Source: Sphingomicrobium sp. (lineage in GTDB: Bacteria; Pseudomonadota; Alphaproteobacteria; Sphingomonadales; Sphingomonadaceae). From it: 64,000 nt of DNA. The position numbers and the translations under genes were made by a program. The notes beneath the pieces were generated by a model. It did not search any database. It had not been told where the DNA came from and saw nothing but the letters and a program-made list of their open reading frames with translations. Every line of letters begins with the position of its first letter. Positions within the stretch are counted from its first letter, which is position 1. The stretch lies in assembly GCA_036273215.1 (NCBI GenBank), contig DASUIC010000067.1, positions 2,897-66,896 on the forward strand, read 5' to 3'. Positions 58,009 through 64,000 of this stretch are shown here, in pieces.

Positions 58009-60030
58009 ATGAAGCGTCGTTCGATTTTGCTCGCGGCGAGCGCCGCTCTCGTTTTCGCCTCCCCCGCACTCTCCGCGAGCAAGCCGGTGTACGGCGCGTG
58101 GGGCGTCGACACGGCCGACATGAACACCAGCGTCAAGCCGGGCGACGATTTCTTCCAATATGTCGAGGGGAGCTGGCTCAAGAACCACCCGATCGCTGAA
58201 GACAAGCGCGGCGCGGGCTACAATTACGACCTGCCGGACGCGACCGAGGTCGAGGTGCGCAAGCTGATCGAGCAGGCCGGCGCTGCGCCGTCCGATCCGA
58301 TCATGAAGCAGGTCGGCGATTTCTACGGCGCCTACATGGACCAGGCCGGAATCGAGGCGCGCGGGCTTAAGCCGCTCCAGCCGTACCTGAAGCGCATCGC
58401 GGATGTGAGAAACCGCGACCAGCTCGTCCTGCTCATGGCCGAGCCGGCTTATGCAGGTCCGGTCAACATAGGGATCACGGCCGACGAGAAAGACCCGACG
58501 CGCTACACCGTGGAAAGCGGCCAGGCTCGGCTCGGCCTTCCGACCCGTGACTATTATTTGCTCAAGGGCGACAAATACGAGTCCATCCGCAAAGCGTATC
58601 ACGCCTATATCGCCCGGATTTTCCAGCTCGCCGGAATTCCGAACGGCGAAGCCAAGGCCGACGCGATCCTCGCGCTCGAGACGCGTCTGTCGAAGGACCA
58701 GTGGACTCCCGAGAAGCGCCGCGACCCGCAGGCGACCTATAACCCGATGAACCGCGCTCAGCTGATGCGGCTTGCGCCCCAGTTCGACTGGACCGCTGCT
58801 CTGAAGCACGTGGGCCTCGGCAAGATGCCGACGGTCATCGTCGCCGAGCCGAGCGCGGTGGCCGCCGCGGGTAAGCGCATTGCCGACGTTCCGCTGTCGA
58901 CGTGGAAGGACTGGATGACCTTCCGCTTCATCAGCGACCATGCGCAGTTTCTGCCGAAAGCGTTCGACGAGGCGCAGTTCGATTTTTACGGGAAGACGCT
59001 CCAAGGCGTGCCCGCGCAGCCCGCACGGTGGAAGCGCGGAGTCCGGCTATTGAACGAATCTCTCGGCGAAGCGGTCGGTCAGCTCTACATTGCGCGCCAC
59101 TGGACTCCCGACACCGAACATCAGGTCGACGAACTCGTCGACGACATGCGCGCCGCCTACGGCGACCTCATCACCCACGCGAGCTGGATGGACGATCCGA
59201 CGCGCAAGGAAGCGCTTGCGAAGCTCGCCGCGTTCGACCCGCGTGTCGGACATCCGGTCAAATATATCGATTATTCGAAGATGAAGGTGAGCCGCACCGA
59301 TCCGCTCGCCAACGATATCGCGTCGGACGCCTTCGAATGGAACCTCGAGCTGTCGCGGCTCGGCAAGCCCGTCGACCGGACCCTGTGGGAAATGACCCCC
59401 CAGGAGGTCAACGCTTACTACGATCCGGTCATGAACCAGGTCACCTTCCCGGCCGCGCAGCTGCAGCCGCCCTTCTTCGACGCCAACGCCGACCCGGCGG
59501 TCAATTACGGCGAGACCGGTGCGACCATCGGCCACGAAATGGGCCACGGGTTCGACGACGAGGGACGGCAGTTCGATGCCAAGGGCCGGCTTCGCGACTG
59601 GTGGACCAAGCTTTCGGCCGACCGCTACAAGGTCCATGCCGAAATGCTAGTCAAGCAGTTCGACGCCTATGAGCCGCTGCCCGGAGTGCACATCAAGGGA
59701 CAGCTGACTCTCGGCGAGAACCTTGCCGATCTCGGCGGCCTGGAAGCGGCCTATCGCGCCTATCGCCGCTACGTCGCTCGCCACGGCGAACCGCCGGTGA
59801 TTGGCGGCTACACCGGTGACCAGCGCTTCTTCATCGCTTATGCCGCGAGCTGGCAGGGCAAGACGCGCGAGGATTCGCTTCGCCAGCAATTGCTCGGCGA
59901 TCCGCACAGTCCGGAGAAGTACCGGGTCAACGGGATCGTCCGCAATTTCGATCCCTGGTACAAGGCGTTCGACGTGCAGCCCGGCGACAAGCTGTACCTG
60001 CCGCCCGACCAGCGCGTCCACGTCTGGTAA
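58009..60030 (+). CDS. M13 family zinc metallopeptidase, copy 2
   Basis: Signal peptide, PGDDF, VNAYY, HEMGH, GENLAD, same C-terminus YLPPDQRVH.W. Confidence 0.95.
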   Translation: MKRRSILLAASAALVFASPALSASKPVYGAWGVDTADMNTSVKPGDDFFQYVEGSWLKNHPIAEDKRGAGYNYDLPDATEVEVRKLIEQAGAAPSDPIMKQVGDFYGAYMDQAGIEARGLKPLQPYLKRIADVRNRDQLVLLMAEPAYAGPVNIGITADEKDPTRYTVESGQARLGLPTRDYYLLKGDKYESIRKAYHAYIARIFQLAGIPNGEAKADAILALETRLSKDQWTPEKRRDPQATYNPMNRAQLMRLAPQFDWTAALKHVGLGKMPTVIVAEPSAVAAAGKRIADVPLSTWKDWMTFRFISDHAQFLPKAFDEAQFDFYGKTLQGVPAQPARWKRGVRLLNESLGEAVGQLYIARHWTPDTEHQVDELVDDMRAAYGDLITHASWMDDPTRKEALAKLAAFDPRVGHPVKYIDYSKMKVSRTDPLANDIASDAFEWNLELSRLGKPVDRTLWEMTPQEVNAYYDPVMNQVTFPAAQLQPPFFDANADPAVNYGETGATIGHEMGHGFDDEGRQFDAKGRLRDWWTKLSADRYKVHAEMLVKQFDAYEPLPGVHIKGQLTLGENLADLGGLEAAYRAYRRYVARHGEPPVIGGYTGDQRFFIAYAASWQGKTREDSLRQQLLGDPHSPEKYRVNGIVRNFDPWYKAFDVQPGDKLYLPPDQRVHVW

Positions 60031-60055
60031 TTCACCCGGCTCACTCGAAGCATTG

Positions 60056-60086
60056 AAAAAAGCGGCCGCGCGCGAGCGCGGCCGCT
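60056..60086 (-). terminator. Rho-independent terminator
   Basis: 11-bp stem AGCGGCCGCGC/GCGCGGCCGCT, 4-nt loop, T-run on minus strand; between convergent genes. Confidence 0.8.
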
Positions 60087-60107
60087 GACTTCGGGAGAAG
60101 CGCGAGC

Positions 60108-60233
60108 TTATCTGTTCTTGCTGTGGCTCGAGCGCGAACTCTTGCGGTTCGCCGAACTGCTGCTCCGGTCACCGCCGTGCGTCCCGCGGTTCCACTCGCG
60201 GCTGCTGCTCTTGCGGTCTTTGTCCTTCTGCAT
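60108..60233 (-). CDS. 41-aa basic Ser/Arg-rich small protein
   Basis: MQKDKDRKSSSREWNRGTHGGDRSSSSANRKSSRSSHSKNR; RBS AAAGGA; followed by terminator. Confidence 0.6.
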   Translation of the reverse strand: MQKDKDRKSSSREWNRGTHGGDRSSSSANRKSSRSSHSKNR

Positions 60234-60331
60234 GGCCTGATCCTTTCACTCGGGCCCCGGATGATGGGACTCGATGTGAAAACGCTCAGGTAAGCCGAGA
60301 GCCTCTGGGTTCGCCGCCGAGCGGGCTCGAT

Positions 60332-60778
60332 TCATCCGTTAAGCGGCTGTGCGGCGGCCTTGGGAATGCCGAGCCTCGGGATCTCGATCTTGGGGCAGCG
60401 GTCCATCACCACCTTGAGTCCGGCCGCTTCGGCGCGAGCGGCGGCTTCCTCGTTGATCACGCCGATCTGCATCCACACTGCTTTCGCCCCGACGAAGATC
60501 GCCTGCTCGACCGCCTCGAGGGCCATCTCGGACCGGCGGAAAACGTCGACGATGTCGATCGGAATGCCGATTTGGGAAAGCTCACGCCAGACGAACTCGC
60601 CTAGCACATGAGTCTCGCTGATCTGCGGGTTGACCGGAAGCACCCGGTAGCCCCGGTCCTGGAGGAACTTCATCACTCCGTAGGAGGGGCGGTTGGGGCG
60701 GTCGGACGCTCCGACCATCGCGATCGTCCGCGCATTCGTCAGAAGCTCGGCAATGTCCTCGTCGCGGGTGAGCGGCAT
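60332..60778 (-). CDS. CoA-binding protein (YccU-like)
   Basis: TIAMVGAS..P.RPS, PVNP, DIVDVFR, VWMQ.G, VVMDRC. Confidence 0.92.
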   Translation of the reverse strand: MPLTRDEDIAELLTNARTIAMVGASDRPNRPSYGVMKFLQDRGYRVLPVNPQISETHVLGEFVWRELSQIGIPIDIVDVFRRSEMALEAVEQAIFVGAKAVWMQIGVINEEAAARAEAAGLKVVMDRCPKIEIPRLGIPKAAAQPLNG

Positions 60779-60792
60779 GTGCGAATAACCCT

Positions 60793-61749
60793 TCAGTGGA
60801 CCGGTGTTTCCAGCAGTTCGAGCAGCTTTTTGGCCAAAAGTGCGAAGGATTCGGCATCTTCGCCTTCGCCCGCGGCCGGTGGCGTGCCCGAATCCGACGC
60901 TTCGCGGATCGCCAGCGAGAGGGGAAGCCGGCCGAGGAAGGGCACGCCCATGTCTTCCGCCGCAGCTTCCGCTCCGCCGTTCCCGAACGGGTGCGACGCC
61001 TCGCCGCAGTGCGGGCAGACATAGGCCGCCATGTTCTCGATCAGGCCGAGCACCGGGACGCTCATCTTGTTGAACAGGTCGACCGCGCGGCGGGCGTCGA
61101 TCAGCGACAGGTCTTGCGGGGTGGAGACGACGATCGCGCCGGCGGGTCGCGAGCGCTGGATCAGCGAGAGCTGGACGTCGCCGGTGCCGGGCGGGAGGTC
61201 GACGATCAGGAGCTCGCTGTCGCCCCAGTCCGCCTCGACGAGCTTCGCAAGCGCGCCTGTCGCCATCGGCCCGCGCCAGGCGAGCGCGTGACCGGGAGAG
61301 ACGAGATGGCCGAGCGACAGGAATTTGATCCCCTTCGCCTCGACAGGGATAAGCTGCTCGCCCTCGGCGCGAGGCCGCTCCGAGCTTCCGAGCAAAGTCG
61401 GCTGCGACGGACCGTAGACGTCGGCATCGATCAGGCCGACCTTCTTGCCCGCCCGGACGAGCGCGATGGCGAGGTTTGCCGCCACTGTCGATTTGCCTAC
61501 CCCGCCCTTGCCGCTGCCGATCGCGATCAGGCTACGGTGCGGCTGGGCGGCGGTCATCGCAATCCGCGCCTCGTCGACTCCGGGAGCGCCGAGCGCCGCG
61601 GAGCGCAGCTCCTCCTCGACCTGCCGAGCTTCGCGGGCGCCAAGACCCGTCGCGTCGACGATGACCGTCGCAACGCGGTTCGCCAGCTTGCGCGAGCGGA
61701 TCCGCTCCGAGTGCGGAAGGCCAGCCAGCAGCGTTTCGGCTTCACTCAT
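60793..61749 (-). CDS. mrp: Mrp/NBP35 (ApbC) Fe-S carrier ATPase
   Basis: SGKGGVGKST, DADVYGPS, WRGPM, DLPPGTGD, ENM...CPHC. Confidence 0.93.
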   Translation of the reverse strand: MSEAETLLAGLPHSERIRSRKLANRVATVIVDATGLGAREARQVEEELRSAALGAPGVDEARIAMTAAQPHRSLIAIGSGKGGVGKSTVAANLAIALVRAGKKVGLIDADVYGPSQPTLLGSSERPRAEGEQLIPVEAKGIKFLSLGHLVSPGHALAWRGPMATGALAKLVEADWGDSELLIVDLPPGTGDVQLSLIQRSRPAGAIVVSTPQDLSLIDARRAVDLFNKMSVPVLGLIENMAAYVCPHCGEASHPFGNGGAEAAAEDMGVPFLGRLPLSLAIREASDSGTPPAAGEGEDAESFALLAKKLLELLETPVH

Positions 61750-61820
61750 GGGCCCGACATAAGAAGGCATGGGCGGCTTGCCACTATTTTTCGTGTCGGC
61801 CGCTCCCTATAATCGCGCCG

Positions 61821-62909
61821 ATGATCAAATTGCCGGGGCGGGGCGGCGACACGCTGTCCATGGATGACAAGGGCCCATGGGGGCCGAGCGGGGGTGATTC
61901 CGCGGGCGAGCCGCCCCACGACGAAGGGCATGGCGCGGGACCATGGGGAGAACCGCCGTCACGGCCGCGCCGAACGATCGGCGGCGCCGCCGTTACTCCG
62001 CTCGAAGAGCTTCTGAGGCGCGGCCGTTCGCGTTTCGGCGGCGGAGGCGGCGGCTTCCCCGGACGGCCCGATCGCTCTCTGATCCTGTGGGCGATCGCCG
62101 CGCTCATCCTGCTCTGGCTCGTCTTCACCAGCTTCCACTCGATCGCTCCCGGTCAGCGCGGAGTGGTGACTCGCTTCGGCCGCTACAGCTATACGCTCGG
62201 GCCCGGCGTCGGCTTCACCTTTCCCTCTCCGATCGACCGCGTCCAGAAGATCGATGTCGAGAGCATTCGAAGCGTCGACCTCGGCTCCCAGAGCAGCGAG
62301 GACCTGGTTTTGACCGGCGACCAGAACCTGATCGACATCGCTTATTCGGTGCGCTGGAACATCAAGACTCCGGAGCTCTATCTGTTCGAGCTGGCGCAGC
62401 CGGACGAGACGATCCGCCAGGTCGCCGAGAGCGCGATGCGCTCGGTCATCGCGCAAGTGACTCTCCAGGACGCGATGGGCGACCGGCGCAGCGAAATCGA
62501 AAACCAGGTCGCCGACCGGATGCAGCGAATCCTCGACGGCTATCGCTCGGGCGTCGCGATCCAGGGCGTGGCCATTCAGCAGGCAGACCCGCCGGCAGAG
62601 GTCAACGATGCGTTCAAGGAAGTGACCGCGGCCCAGCAGGACGCCAAATCGTACATCAACCAGGCCAATGCCTACGCGCTCCAGCTCACCGCCAAGGCCC
62701 AGGGCGAGGCGACCGCCTTCGACAAGGTCTATGCGCAGTACAAGCTTGCTCCGGAAGTCACCCGGCGACGGATGTATTATGAAACCATGGAACAGGTGCT
62801 CTCGAAGGTCGACAAGACGATCGTCGAGGCGCCCGGAGTCACTCCCTACCTCCCGCTTCCCCAAGTCCAGAAGAACGACAAGGGCGCTTCGCAGGAGCCG
62901 CAGCAATGA
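61821..62909 (+). CDS. hflK: FtsH modulator HflK
   Basis: GPWG N-terminus, TM, GVVTRFG, LTGD.N, RRMYYETME. Confidence 0.93.
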   Translation: MIKLPGRGGDTLSMDDKGPWGPSGGDSAGEPPHDEGHGAGPWGEPPSRPRRTIGGAAVTPLEELLRRGRSRFGGGGGGFPGRPDRSLILWAIAALILLWLVFTSFHSIAPGQRGVVTRFGRYSYTLGPGVGFTFPSPIDRVQKIDVESIRSVDLGSQSSEDLVLTGDQNLIDIAYSVRWNIKTPELYLFELAQPDETIRQVAESAMRSVIAQVTLQDAMGDRRSEIENQVADRMQRILDGYRSGVAIQGVAIQQADPPAEVNDAFKEVTAAQQDAKSYINQANAYALQLTAKAQGEATAFDKVYAQYKLAPEVTRRRMYYETMEQVLSKVDKTIVEAPGVTPYLPLPQVQKNDKGASQEPQQ

Positions 62910-63778
62910 CCGGCTTCATCCGCCGCCGGCCGCTGGTTTCCGCAGCGATCGCCTTCGTCGTCCTGCTGATCCTGCTCGGAAGCTTCCCGATCGTGCCCGA
63001 GACCAAGCAGGCGGTGATCGTCCGCTTCGGGAAACCGGAGCGGATCCTGAACAGGTACGAGCCTGGTCGGCCGATGGGCGCCGACGGCGCCGGCCTCTCA
63101 TACCGCATCCCCTTCGTCGATCAGATCGTGTGGATCGACAAGCGCGTGCTTTCGGTCGACATGGAGCCGCAGCCGGTGCTCTCGACCGACCAGCGGCGGT
63201 TGATGGTCGACGCGTTCGCCCGTTATCGGATCGTCGATCCGCTGCTGATGTACATCCGCTCGACCACCGAGGAGAATCTCCAGAGCCAGCTCCAGACCAT
63301 CCTCCGCTCCGAAGTGCGCAACGAGCTCGGCCGCCAGACCTTCGCGTCGCTGCTTTCGCCCGAGCGCCAAGGCATCATGGACGACGTCCGCAAGTCACTG
63401 AATTTCCAGGCGGCCAAGTTCGGCGCCCAGATCGTCGATGTTCGCATCAAGAAGACCGATCTGCCCGACGGAACCCCGCTCCAGTCGGCCTTCGAAAGCA
63501 TGCGCACCGCGCGCGAGCAGGAGGCCCGGTCGATCCGCGCGCAGGGCGCCAAGCAGGCGCAGATCATCCGCGCGGAGGCCGACGCCCAGGCTGCCAAGAC
63601 CTATGCCGCGAGCTTCGGGAAGGACCCGCAATTCTACGATTTCTACCGCGCGATGCAGTCCTATCTGACCACCTTCGTCGGCGATGGGCAGGAGAAACCC
63701 GCGCCGACCAACATCATCCTGTCGCCGCAGAATGACTATTTGAAGGAATTCACTGGAAAGCCGCCGGCGGGAAAGTGA
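62906..63778 (+). CDS. hflC: FtsH modulator HflC
   Basis: VIVRFG, IPF, VDAFARYRI.DP, DVRIK..DLP, DP.FY.FYRAMQSY. Confidence 0.93.
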   Translation: MTGFIRRRPLVSAAIAFVVLLILLGSFPIVPETKQAVIVRFGKPERILNRYEPGRPMGADGAGLSYRIPFVDQIVWIDKRVLSVDMEPQPVLSTDQRRLMVDAFARYRIVDPLLMYIRSTTEENLQSQLQTILRSEVRNELGRQTFASLLSPERQGIMDDVRKSLNFQAAKFGAQIVDVRIKKTDLPDGTPLQSAFESMRTAREQEARSIRAQGAKQAQIIRAEADAQAAKTYAASFGKDPQFYDFYRAMQSYLTTFVGDGQEKPAPTNIILSPQNDYLKEFTGKPPAGK

Positions 63779-63786
63779 ACTGCCGC

Positions 63787-63802
63787 GTTCAAATGGCGTT
63801 AA
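63787..63802 (+). promoter_or_regulatory. Direct-repeat box GTTCA-N6-GTTAA
   Basis: Upstream of the gene starting at 63879. Confidence 0.5.
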
Positions 63803-63878
63803 GCCCAACAGAGCATTAGCGCCCTTGCGTCTCACACCAAATGATGGAGTATCGATGCGCTCGAAGGAGTCCGGAAAA

Positions 63879-64000
63879 GTGCGCTACGCCTACGGGGTCG
63901 CGATGGCCCTGCTGCTCGGGGGAACGACATTCTCTCTCGCCACCGGCCAAGCGGGCGCCCAGTCCCCGCAGAACGCGCCCGGCACTTCCGCGCTCGCTCC
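63879..64000 (+). CDS. 5' end of a secreted protein, probably DegP/Do-family protease
   Basis: RBS AAGGAG, signal peptide MRYAYGVAMALLLGG...; identity rests only on the usual hflK-hflC-degP order. Confidence 0.55.
   Translation, partial: MRYAYGVAMALLLGGTTFSLATGQAGAQSPQNAPGTSALA

Overview
GC-rich alphaproteobacterial chromosomal window; gene content and order suggest Sphingomonadaceae (inference, not a database result). Left arm (1-24.6 kb): a Gtr-like membrane glycosylation cluster, folD, egtBD, gluQ, an HNH nuclease, galU, a salicylyl/anthraniloyl-CoA monooxygenase-reductase, ispB, an S9 peptidase and wecB. Three unrelated non-autonomous repeat families occur here: a 267-bp MITE with ~31-bp TIRs, a two-copy ~85-bp palindrome, and a two-copy ~190-bp multi-hairpin element. 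One copy of the last is inserted in frame inside the monooxygenase (~64 extra aa); the other appears to supply the gluQ Shine-Dalgarno. Middle (~24.7-44.6 kb): an accessory low-oxygen/NO respiratory block abutting the 3' end of tRNA-Glu(CTC). It holds FixLJ, alternative oxidase, qNOR, NnrS, Nfu, and a LysR-divergent operon carrying a stand-alone cytochrome c oxidase subunit I (His->Thr at the Mg site) plus a nitrobindin-like barrel; its right edge is a chimeric pseudogene. Right arm (44.7-64 kb): a CsoR-type metal module with a double operator, prsK/prsR, an ABC-F ATPase, an OmpR-family two-component pair, tandem M13 peptidases, mrp, hflKC and the start of a probable DegP-like protease. No CRISPR array, integrase, transposase or rRNA was seen. 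All assignments come from motif recognition by eye.
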